A DNA stretch of 64,000 bases, from assembly GCA_051294905.1 (NCBI GenBank), contig CM119383.1, positions 6,696,001 to 6,760,000 on the forward strand, written 5' to 3'. The DNA is from Botryllus schlosseri. Taxonomy: Eukaryota. This document shows positions 1-10,900 of the stretch, piece by piece. The notes beneath the pieces were generated by a model, which was given only the letters and a program-made list of their open reading frames with translations, was not told the origin of the DNA and ran no database searches. The position numbers and the translations under genes are program-made. Position 1 is the first letter of the stretch. Each line of letters opens with the position of its first letter.

Positions 1-459
1 CCTTTTATGGTCGCGACTCCTTCTCTAATTTGAAAATGTTCCGTGGCCCAGATCAAAATTTGACCAGCTGATTACCACAAGAAGTCAGCACCTTGCCTAG
101 ACGTATACTCACGGGCTATGTTGGAAGCCGCATGATTACGTTCAACATATTCGCAAACTCAAGAATAAAGGCAAACGCCCCCCTCCCCGTTTGAAACCAC
201 TATCTTTGAATAAAGCATTTAATTTTATCGATCTCCTATAATTGCGATTACAATTAGGCTTATTCCAGTAAATGAAGGTTGTTTTTATTTATATTTCATT
301 GCAGTTTTTGCGGGGGTGGTAGTCTCCATATTAAAATGATTTAATGTGATGGTAAATCGCGCGCATCGCGAAGAAAAATATCATGCATCAACATAAATAT
401 TCCCAAAAAATATTGTTTTTATTTTTTGATTTACAAAGAAATTATGAGCCTACGTCAAT

Positions 460-567
460 CTTCAAAATTCCGGACATTTGGCATATTTTAGCAATTCCTC
501 CCGGACGCTAGTTTGAACAGTGAAATTCCGGACATATCCGGGAAATTCCGGACGTATGGCAACCCTA
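460..567. mobile_element. Right end of a hAT-type MITE (TATGGCAACCCTA terminus, subterminal TCCGGAC repeats)
   Basis: Repeated aaattccggac motifs end in tatggcaacccta at 567. The architecture matches the element at 12392-12834; the left end was not identified. Confidence 0.55.
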
Positions 568-828
568 ACCTAATTCGACTCTAAACAGAGTGAGATTGGG
601 CCGTTCCAAATGTCTGAGTAATATATCGATTGGGATGAGAGTTTGTAATTGATTGACGTGATTTAAACATGATGCCGAACAGGCCTATTCCTCGCAAGTG
701 GCGAGTCTCCCTACTAACCAATCCATGCATGCACATCACATGCACAATCCACACTGCACAGTGCACACAAAACACGTTATCTTGTCACTCGCCAAGCAGA
801 TCTACTTTTCTTTTGTGATACGATTGTT

Positions 829-970
829 GATATACAATGTTCTTTCCAATTCTCTACTAGTTGCTGACGAAAACCCCTGACGAGTGTCAGCCGAAAATAT
901 TCGGGTTCATTTCAATATGAATATACTATTCAATTGTATATTGAAGTTCTGTATCTCCAAGAAGATCTTC
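829..970 (+). repeat. Dispersed repeat family R1, copy 1 (others at about 9955-10095 and 16023-16162 inverted; partial copy at 10443-10480)
   Basis: The shared core cagccgaaaatattcgggttcatttcaatatg...caattgtatattgaagttctgta recurs as its reverse complement at 9960-10050 and 16030-16110. Confidence 0.8.
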
Positions 971-3297
971 AAATATTTTCTGAAAGAGAATATTATTCAA
1001 TCCGTGTCAGAAAATATCATCAACATTTTATTAAAATTTTCATCTAATCAAAACACCACAAGATAGCGATATAATGAAAAATAGGCGGGTGCCGAAACGA
1101 CTTGCAGCTGTCTGTCTGTTATAATCATACACCCACCTAGGCCTATGAAGCATGTTAATATGAGGCATGCACAGTTGCACACTGCCCAGCACAGAGCACA
1201 CTGGATTTAAGAAAGGATAGCATAAGAAAGCGACAAATTGAATGCTGAGTGTGTCGGTAGGCGAGGTCGATATAGCAGGTTGTGCGTGGTCTGGCAATCC
1301 TGAAGGCTGGCTGGTATTTATAGCATTTGTAGCCAATACATAGGCTAAGCATTAGGCTGTATTGCATAACCAGGATTAAAATATGTGTAGGGCAAACTAT
1401 TTGCAATGATCCCATGTCACCACTAACGCAGACTTGTACAAACTATATACTGGGGTTTTCAAAAAGCGCAACTAGAACTAGGCCTACTCAATTTTTGAAA
1501 CTCGCAACTACCTAGAACTAAAAGTACTAAAAAACCGTTAGTTAGTTGACCGTCCACTAACTGAATGGGTAGTTTGTACGTACAAGTCTGCACCAATGAC
1601 GTCCTAACCGAAATTTTTATCCGTACTAGCAATCGTGCATTTTGTAACATTACGTTATGATGGATCTTGGCATCAATTAAGGCATGGTGACTATAAGATA
1701 ACATGCGGTTAGCCGCCATAAAATCTTATCGGAATAGCCTACATCTATTTTTAACTCTCGTTAGCAATAATACGACCCACTGTAGTAGGCTTGCCAGCTG
1801 CTTGCATATAGTTTCTTCCTGGTTGAAAAACTACAACCCGGCTTCTAGACAAACAGAATTCTTAATCTTAGCGTTACATTGTTACGTCAGGCTTCATAGA
1901 TAGAGCCTTAACAACCTCACCCGAAAACCCCGATTGGGGGCTAACTCGAAGGGGGCCCAAAATTCTTTCGTAGGTATGTCACAATAGAGTTTTTTGGGGA
2001 GATTTATTTAACTTCTTCGCGCTTCGCGAACTTGTCGCCACATATCTTAATTTTACAATTTTATACTGGTTGCCCCAAAAAACGAAATTCACAAAATTTA
2101 TTAAAGCACGCATTTAGACGCTAGTCATTGCTGCGCGAGGAGAGATCAATACATATGAAGTTTTAGCTAACATGCGACTCCGCGACTCGGTGACTGTCGC
2201 ATGTAGGCGATAGTTTCGATACGCATACGTCCACTCCAAATGTTCATATATCCACATGGACTAAAAGGACCTTCGCCGCGTAGCCTTGTCCCTAAAATTT
2301 GAGCATCATGAACAAATGCCACTCGCAGAATAACATGATGCGCCCTGTGAAGAAATGCCAATTTAAAACAGTGTGCGTCTTACGAAAGAACCTATTTTCT
2401 TTAGTCGTGTGCTCCTCACTATACCGACAATCCTGATGGAAGGTCAAGAAATAACAGCATGAAATATAGTGACTAATAACAATTTGCCCACCCGAAGATG
2501 CACCATTAATCATCATTAATCACCATTCATAACTTGCCCTAAACCATCAACCTCCACCAACTTTACCGTTGAATCTGATCACATGGGTTGAGAAAGGTTA
2601 AATATTTCATAGTAGTATGTAAAACTACCAATATTAATGACGAAATTCATTAGTGAACCTGAAAAATTGTTCGCGCCTTGCACGACTATCAGCAACCCTA
2701 TTCCGTCACCATGCAGTGCCACTCGCGATTCGGGGGCGTACATTAAGCCCATGCTTAAATAAATTAGTCCGGACTTCACCAGAATGGCCACAGACACTTT
2801 AACATGGATATTTGGCGTCCAGCTATAGTTCATTACGACGAAATGCCTAGTAATGAGGCCGTATAGGCTACGCGAGTAGGTCGAAATGTGGCCGTGAATA
2901 GCAAAAAGGCTGGCCACCCCAGCAATATATATTCAATAATAATATAAAATATTGGATTAGTATACCAATTTTACATAATGCAGTCCGCGAGCACGAAAGT
3001 TTGCCCACCCCTGAACTAAGCCCTTTTTAGCTGATCTGGATTTTAAGCTAACGTATATAGTTCTAACAGACGAAGATTGAGCATTTCTGGTCACCCTGTT
3101 GCTGCCGTTACCCATTTAGGGAGAACATCGTCCCATGTTCCATATTTACAACAGATGCAAAATGAATGAATTTTATCTCAGTCCCGTAGTTCCAAGACTA
3201 CAAGCCTATACTCATATTCAAATTTTTATATATGTATTTTGAATATTGAAACAACTTGGCAATCCACGAGAAAGATTAGAAAGTGATCTCGGTATTA

Positions 3298-4605
3298 CTA
3301 GGATCGAATCGACACAGAATTGAGAGATTCATCTTCCTCCTCGTCGCTGGATCGCTCGTATTCGCTGGAATGATATAGAGACCCTTGAGAAAACTCATCG
3401 TCACTGTCTCCCTGGAGTGTTATCCCTACTGTTGGTTTCTTTTTGATTTTCGACTTCCGCCGTTTTGGCTTTACATCTCTTCCTGCACCGTGACGGTTGG
3501 AGAGCCGCCTCAATGGAACTATAACCCCTAATGGTTGATTACCAACATTAGGCAATTCTTGAGGTTGTGACTTCCCATGTCGAAATATAGTTTTGTCGGC
3601 ATGCCGCGGTATATCTTCACGACCGGATGGTGTTTGGAATTTATTGCCGCTAGTCGAATCAACGGACTGAAAGGTCGGTACTTCGCTGCGGGTGGATATT
3701 TTCCTCTTTGCCGCAGCTCTGTCAGCTACTTTGCGTTGCCTATTCCGTATATGTTGATATAACAACTGCACAAACTCGGTGACGGATAAAATGAAACATA
3801 TGGCGCTCAAAATATTCATGTAACACATAAATATAGTTTTCTCCCATGGCCTCGAGACCCAGCAAGGAACGTATCCTGGATACTTTCCCAAGTTCAGATG
3901 CTGCCCACACGCCCACTCTACGTTCTCACCTTCACATAGATAGACTTGCGGAACTTTGATCAAAACAATACTCAATGGGTTGAATGAATCTTCGACAGTA
4001 TAGTCAGTGACGTGATACAGATTGTACGCCAGGTATAGCGACATCCCTTCCAGAACAAATCTGATGAATACATTGATAAGATATGCAATTCTTATCTCTC
4101 GCGTTACTGTCACGCTCACCAGATTGTTATTTTGGTAAATCTTTTTTTCCTTGAAACCGCTCACGCTTTTTCTTCGCCTCAACATTTTCTTCTTCATTCT
4201 CACAGCTTTTGCTCTTTTCATTTCGTCTTCGGTGTTATACACGCCATTGTCAGCATCATAATCTGATTGAGTATCATATCCTTCTGCCGCCCTGACTTTC
4301 TCTACTCGTCCGCGAACGTTGAGGCTATAAAAGTGGAACACGACAGCAGGCGCAGATATCGCCAGCAGCTGAAAAGCCCAATAACGAATATGGGATATCT
4401 TGGAGAATTTATCGTAGCATACATTGTCGCAGCCGATTACTTTTGTACTGCAACGAAACGCGGACTGCTCGTCGCTGTATACCGATTGTCCCACGGTTAC
4501 GACTACGATCAGACGGAAGACAAACACCAACAAATACCAAACTTTCCCGGCATTAGTACTGTAGCTGGTTACATGCTCAAGTATCTTCTCAAGTCCACCC
4601 CACAT
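3298..4605 (-). CDS. Connexin (gap junction protein), 435 aa, single coding exon
   Basis: N-terminus MWGGLEKIL...STNAGKVWYLLVFVFR; EL1 C-x6-C-x3-C (CSTKVIGCDNVCYD) followed by SHIRYW; four hydrophobic segments; EL2 ends in CWVSRPWEKTIF, the connexin SRPxEK motif. An in-frame stop lies upstream of the ATG at 4605. Confidence 0.97.
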   Translation of the reverse strand: MWGGLEKILEHVTSYSTNAGKVWYLLVFVFRLIVVVTVGQSVYSDEQSAFRCSTKVIGCDNVCYDKFSKISHIRYWAFQLLAISAPAVVFHFYSLNVRGRVEKVRAAEGYDTQSDYDADNGVYNTEDEMKRAKAVRMKKKMLRRRKSVSGFKEKKIYQNNNLVSVTVTREIRIAYLINVFIRFVLEGMSLYLAYNLYHVTDYTVEDSFNPLSIVLIKVPQVYLCEGENVEWACGQHLNLGKYPGYVPCWVSRPWEKTIFMCYMNILSAICFILSVTEFVQLLYQHIRNRQRKVADRAAAKRKISTRSEVPTFQSVDSTSGNKFQTPSGREDIPRHADKTIFRHGKSQPQELPNVGNQPLGVIVPLRRLSNRHGAGRDVKPKRRKSKIKKKPTVGITLQGDSDDEFSQGSLYHSSEYERSSDEEEDESLNSVSIRS

Positions 4606-5801
4606 TGCAATGGAGAGTTTTTGTCAATCTCATATCAGAATTGTCTCAATAGCTCCTTGGTAAATTAAATATCGCCATGTCGAATATCATATTTATAATG
4701 ATAAACTCTCATTACAACACCTTCTTGACACAACAGAGGGCAAATCAAGTAATAAGGGCTGTTATCCCTTTGGTTTCAAGGAGTTTACGGATCATTGTTT
4801 AAGTTATTGGGTAACCGAATATGATACCACAACAATGATGATGATAGGACGCCGCATATCATAAAAATGGCGGTGTGTGCTGGACATTTACTAATTATTA
4901 TGACGCAGCGAGTCGTAATCTTATGATGCATAATTGTCATGGTCTTAATTTCGATTCCGATACTATAAGTAGGGCCATCGGCACAATGATTTGAGTAGGC
5001 CTACTCGTATATGAATTAAAGTAATAATCATAATGATTCGAGTTGAGCGGTGAGAGATTACTTTGTCGCGTACTAAAATTACGTTCCTATATAGCCACTA
5101 AGAGCTCACATATCAATGCACATTATAGGGTCCATACTATTTTCTACTGTGGTAGCCTTGAAACCGTAATTGGTCGTATTGCAGCAGCATACGAAACATA
5201 AAGTAGCCTGCAAAAGCTACTCGCGTTAGTGGAAATGACATTTCCCGATTTCCGTGTGGTCGTGATCAACCCACAGAAACAGAAATGCTACAATAAAGTG
5301 CAATGAAATATATGTATGGTCGCAGAAATAACGAATAATCTTTGATGTGATATAAATATTGATATTGTATTCTTGGTGGTCTTATAAAAGGTATTTGAAC
5401 TTGCCACATTATGCATACTGTTATATGACGTCATAATGAGTGACACTCGAATTCCTGACTCGAATCGAATGACTTGTGGGTAGTCGATTTTGTCCGGCAC
5501 TAAATACAACATAGGCCTACTATCTTTTCGTCAGACGACTTATCCTACTCTCTGTACAACATAATCGCTTTTATGACCAACCATTTCGGATATAGTCTTA
5601 AATCATGGATTATGAAAGGTCGCCTCCAATTGATGTCAAGAGTCCGCCAGTTGGATGGTGTTTCTCATGCTCATCAAAAGTATGACAGAATCATCAGACA
5701 CAGTAACATTATATATTTTGTCAGTGATTCTGAGGTTTAATTAACCCTCTTTCCATATTCCACTTCAAGCAATTTTCCTTTTCATTCACGGCTACACAGC
5801 A

Positions 5802-6298
5802 CAGGGTGGCACCTTGTTAAAACAAGTTTTTATTGTTTTTTAAAATGTTTTTAGTCATGAAGTCACGAATTCGCGGTTGTGACGTCACATTGTTATACGG
5901 CTCCTTTGACGGAAAACGTTTCTGACCCTGTCTAAACGGACCAAACAATATCGCTGACAAGGACTACATTGTAATGCAGAATTTTTGCGGTCGGCGGTCA
6001 TCATCATCAGAACATCCATACCGTTCCAGTGATATATAACTACGTGCTATAACTGTTGAATCGACGACGATATCGAGGGCTTCAACCATTACATATTGTA
6101 TGCGTCGACTATATCTAGAACTAGTCGCCCAAATGCTCATACTGCATGTTTTTTCGAAAGTATTTGCACATTTTTGACACAAGTATATACAGGTTTTGAA
6201 ATATAAACAAACATATTTTTTAAATGGCATGTGTTTAAAACACTGTTTAGTACAAAATTTTTCAACAAAAAACAACTCCTGTTTTAAATGTAACCCTA
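5802..6298. mobile_element. Older copy of the hAT-type MITE family seen at 9364-9758
   Basis: Ends cagggtggcac...gttttaaatgtaacccta; shares internal gtgacgtca, gctcctttgacg, ctataactg..gaa and gctcatac motifs with 9364-9758. No clean TSD. Confidence 0.65.
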
Positions 6299-7547
6299 AT
6301 CACAAGGCTCGGATAACCAGAACCCGTATAAGCGATTTGATTAATAATGAAAATTACAGCCATGAAATGTTCATTTTGCTGATCAAAACCAACATAGCAA
6401 ATGCTAGTAGCAATTGGCTAATATCTAATTGCGTTGTACAACGCCATAAAAAAATGTCACTAAAATGGAAACACAGTAATCATAAAATATACTTCGAAGA
6501 CCTGTTTAACATTTTTATAAGTTTTTATCGCAGAATTCCAAATGCTGCTGCGTGTTATAGATCCAAAGTCAAGAATGTATTCAACTGGCCTAATCCAAAC
6601 AATCCACGTGTCCTCTAAAATTTTCAATCAAAGTACAGTTAATAACTAATTGCTTTGAAAAATGAACGTAGATGGGTCCGGTGCCATGTTACTGTAAAGA
6701 TGCATGATTTACAGAAGAAAGCTTATACGCGGAGAATCAATAGAGGCACAAATCTATCGGTCTGTTGTATTGTCTTGGAAATGATGCGTGGTACAACGTC
6801 GCGTATTGGACAATGGATATTGGACAAACAAGTGGTGTAGTGGGCTAGACATCATCTCATGACACCATGCAGCGAAAGTGAGCTCGAACCCAAGTTGTGC
6901 CTCTATCTTTTTCGTGTCGGCGGTTTATCTGGGCCCCACATCGTAGATAGACTTTACTATATGAGTAGACTATATAGTCGTGCTACAAGTCGGTATAGCA
7001 AAGAATCAGAAACGATCTCATGGAAGCGAGCGAGATTACAGCATGTGAGCGCGTGTGAATGGAGTCGTCCAGTAAGGAAAGGACATAGTTTTTTCTTGTC
7101 CTTGATGTTTTTTACGATCTGTGCACATGCATACCATGAGTGCATGACGTGCATATGCCGCTGGACAAGGAAGGTGTAGAACAGGGGCGGGCAACATACG
7201 GCCCGCGGGCCGGATCCGGCCCGCGAAGGGATTTTGTCCGGCCCGTGGACAGTTTTCCGTCTTGCATGGTAATATGGTCCGCGGCCCCAGTCTGCCGAGA
7301 TTCCCCACTACTTGCTTACTACGTCAAATTTTAGTGACTGTATGCTATTATATACGTGTATGCGCAGCGTTGCGAGAGTGGAGCTTACGCGTAAGTTTGT
7401 CGAAGCGAGAAGACTTGCATTATCGGCATTTACGATGCACTCAACCCTAATGTCGTCTGTGGTAATCATGATTTTTGTCGACTACAATGGTCATTTACAC
7501 CAGGCTGATATTTCTTATTTTTGATTCCGTAACGGCGGACTTGCAGC

Positions 7548-8805
7548 CAGGGCTTTGGAGCCGGAGCCGGAGCCCGGAGCCGGAGCCCCGGAGCCGTGCA
7601 TTTTCACCGGAGCTGGAGCCGGAGCCGGAGCCGGAGCCGGAGCTCTACATAAAATTCATCCGGAGCCGGAGCCGGAGCTGGAGCCCGTTATTTGAGGAGT
7701 AGCTCCGGCTCCGACCTATTTCATAAGATGCCATTATATATATATATATATGCAACAACCACATCTGCTGATTTATCATAATTGAACAGCAGGCCTGAGT
7801 TTTAATGCTGTGCACAGCGATGGCATAGACAAAGTAAAGTGCGTTCTAGTGCAACTATGATGTTGTCGATAATTGACAAGTATTCAGTATGACGTCACAG
7901 GCCGGCACGGCGGCACCTATATGTCTTCGTTGCTACATCGGATGTTACTGACGGCTGACAGACTCTAGATTACTATAGATAACTAACCTATGGGTAGATT
8001 AGTAATCTATATAGACCAGGAAAGGCCAACCTTTTCGGCTAAAGGGGCACATGCAATTGACGAACGAGTGTGCGGTCCACTAGCCGCGCCAAGCGGATAA
8101 AATTTTCAAAGTTTATAAATAAACTATAGGTCAATAATATTATTACTTGAGTATTGCGGGTCTATTGAAGGTCTCCGACAATATGCGACAATAATCTTGT
8201 GCCTATACATTTCACCGTCGACGATCTTTATTCGAGCGCAAACGCGAAAAGACTTTCTCGCGTAATTGCAAATACAGTTAGACTCAATCGGGTAAATTGG
8301 GCGTTTTTTCATTGTCAGTAGGGGGTAGGCTACCAAGCAAGAAATCGTGTGACAATTAAACACGCGAAGCGTGAAGAAAAATGCCGTTATACTATTTTAG
8401 TTTATTGTAATGTACGACGATTTACTGAAAATGTGACTGGACCCAGGATCTGCCAATGCGTCTGAACTGATATTTTAGTCATCAACATCCCAAGTGTCGC
8501 CGCCAGAATTGTAATTTTTGGTTGGCATTGCAAGTTCACAATCTGAGCAATTCATTTTCGATAATATAATAGGAAATTGCCTCGCGGGCCACGCAAAACC
8601 TCTCGCGGGCCACATTTGGCCCGCGGGTTGGCCACCCCTGATATAGATAGGCCCATTCGATAATTTCAAAGCCGGAGCCGGAGCTGGAGCCGGAGCAGTG
8701 GTAATAATGCGGCTCAGGAGCTGGAGCCGGAGCTAATGTATGATAGAAGAGAGCTCCGGAGCCGGAGCCGGAGCAGTTTAAATTTACGGCTGCTCCAAAG
8801 CCCTG
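7548..8805. mobile_element. hAT-type MITE with (GGAGCC)n arrays, nested in 7182-9316
   Basis: TIR CAGGGCTTTGGAGC/GCTCCAAAGCCCTG; perfect 8-bp TSD CTTGCAGC (7540-7547 and 8806-8813). Confidence 0.9.
8017..8640. mobile_element. Innermost hAT-type MITE, nested in 7548-8805
   Basis: Ends CAGGAAAGGCCAACC / GGTTGGCCACCCCTG; TSD ATATAGAC/ATATAGAT (7 of 8 match). Confidence 0.8.
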
Positions 8806-9363
8806 CTTGCAGCACGGCACACTTCTAGGCTTTTGCAAGGCACCGCTTATACCAGGGGTCACCAACTCAAAACGGGTCGCAGGCCACTTTACAAATATCG
8901 TAGAGGACGCGGGCCGCATGAATTCAATATCGAGATTAATTAGGCCACACAGTTGAACAACGACGCTATCTCGTCACCTACTCAACCCTAATGAATTGAT
9001 ATCTTGGGAAATTAGGGTTACCGGTCTTATCGAACTCCTTGAAATCTTAATTAGGGATTGCACCGTGTGTTGATTGATCAGAGAGATGCAGACATGGCGG
9101 CGCCTGTATGACAATGTTATTCTCAAATCCACATTGTCTTCGTCATTATCGGCGAGAAATAGCTTTGAAGTGACATTGCTGTCGTTAAAATAGAACGATT
9201 TATTCCTTGTATATGTGGATAAATGGGTGTATAATGTATCGATTCAGCAATCCGGCCCGCCAAGTACTTAATTTTCCTATATCCGGCCCGCCGACTGGAG
9301 AAGTTGCCCGCCCCTGGTGTAGAATGTAGATATAGCCTCATACGACTTTCTAAGTCTTGCACC

Positions 9364-9758
9364 TAGGGTTGCATTGAAAACAAAAATCAATCAAAAACAA
9401 ACATGTTTAAAACTAGGCCCTAATTTAAAACATTTTTTTCCTTAAGGACACGACGTCACGAATATTCAATTGTGACGTCATAATGGATTGCCATTGTTAA
9501 TGGAAATATAGGGTAAGTACAGCTCCTTTGACGAAATATCTGTACTATAACTGCTGAACCGACTATTTTGAGGGTTCCAACCACCAACCATATCGATACG
9601 TCGATGAATCGGGTGATAGCCTAATTGTCCGTAGGCTCATACAACATGTTTTTTGGATAGTATTTACACAACTATGGCATAATTTTACAACTTACAAAAA
9701 CACATTTTTTTTAAAAAAGAACTTTGTTTAAAGCATGTTTGTTTTAAATGCAACCCTA
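9364..9758. mobile_element. hAT-type MITE
   Basis: TIR TAGGGTTGCATT/AATGCAACCCTA; TSD CTTGCACC/CTTGAACC (7 of 8 match). Confidence 0.85.
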
Positions 9759-9774
9759 CTTGAACCACCCCTCC

Positions 9775-9924
9775 ATGGTATCCCAGTAATACACGAGCGT
9801 CAAGCGGGGAAGACTTGGGTACCATGTGTAACTAATCAGGTCTTTGGTCTGACCCGGAAGGGGATCGAACCCACGACCTACTGATCAAGAAGCCGGATGC
9901 TTCATCATTACGCTATCTTGTCCG
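9775..9924 (-). mobile_element. tRNA-derived SINE family A
   Basis: The reverse complement reads gacaagatagcgtaatg (A-box-like)...gggttcgatcc (B-box), then gtcagaccaaagacctga...ggtac...gcttgacgctc. Homologous to 20571-20720 (+). Confidence 0.75.
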
Positions 9925-10900
9925 TATTGCAGTCCAGTAACATTATAAGTCAAGGACTTTATTGGAGGTACAGAACTTCAATATACAATTGAGTATAGTA
10001 TATTCATATTGGAATGAACCTGAATATTTTCGGCTGACACTCGTCATGGGTAATCGCCAGCAACTAGAAGAGTCGCCGTATACGATATTGAATGGTTGGA
10101 AATTGCAACCCTCGAAATCGTCGTCGGTTCAACAGTTCTAGCACGTGCACGTGCACGTGCATATAGTTCATTGGTACTGAACGGGTGTTCTGATGATGAT
10201 GACCCCCGACAGTAAAATGCTGCATAACGATGTATATATAGTCTTGCTAAACTTTGTCCGTTTATAACAGGGTCGGAAGCCTTTTTCGCCAATGGAGTTT
10301 AGCTCATATTTTCAATTGTGAATGTCTATCCACAGTGACGTCGAAATGAAAGATTCGTGACGTTATGACTGAAAATACAAACAATAGAGAACATGTTCGC
10401 GCCCTGTTTCAAACAGACATCACCGGCACGAAATTTCGCTTAGCAGAAAATATTCGGGTTCACACCAATATGATAGGAATATTATGGAGTTACTATACCT
10501 GAGCTACACTGCCTTGGTGTACGAGGCCATGTTAGGCGATAACCGTCACTGCAATTTGTTGTATTGATATCAATAATAATGATAATTAGAAATCGTTTTG
10601 AACTCGCCACTACACTCTCAGCGAAAATAGTTTGTATTAACACCCAAAGGACCGAAAACGGTGGTCACGATATCAGAATTATATCGCGGTCACAAATCCC
10701 ATCCTTGTCGACGTGCAAACCTTGCTACGTTACTACGTGCCGTCGTGCATGCATAATTTGGATTAAAGTGCTGTACTCGAATTATTCCTCAGTACAAGTC
10801 TGCGGTGTTCTGGATTCGTGTGCCGTTGGTGTATATTCACACGACGACTGTATAGTCTATTTTAGATGAGTATAACACAGACATATATTGGACAGAACTC

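Larger units (their letters stand above)
7182..9316. mobile_element. Outer non-autonomous hAT element hosting nested insertions
   Basis: TIR CAGGGGCGGGCAAC/GTTGCCCGCCCCTG; perfect 8-bp TSD GTGTAGAA (7174-7181 and 9317-9324); subterminal ggcccg repeats. Confidence 0.9.

Noticed and set aside
2980-3013. hAT-like right end (tttgcccacccctg)
   Set aside because: No matching left end or TSD found, so the element boundaries cannot be defined.
7475-8919. ORFs rich in PEPEPE, SRSRS or GSGSG
   Set aside because: They are translations of the GGAGCC arrays of a MITE.
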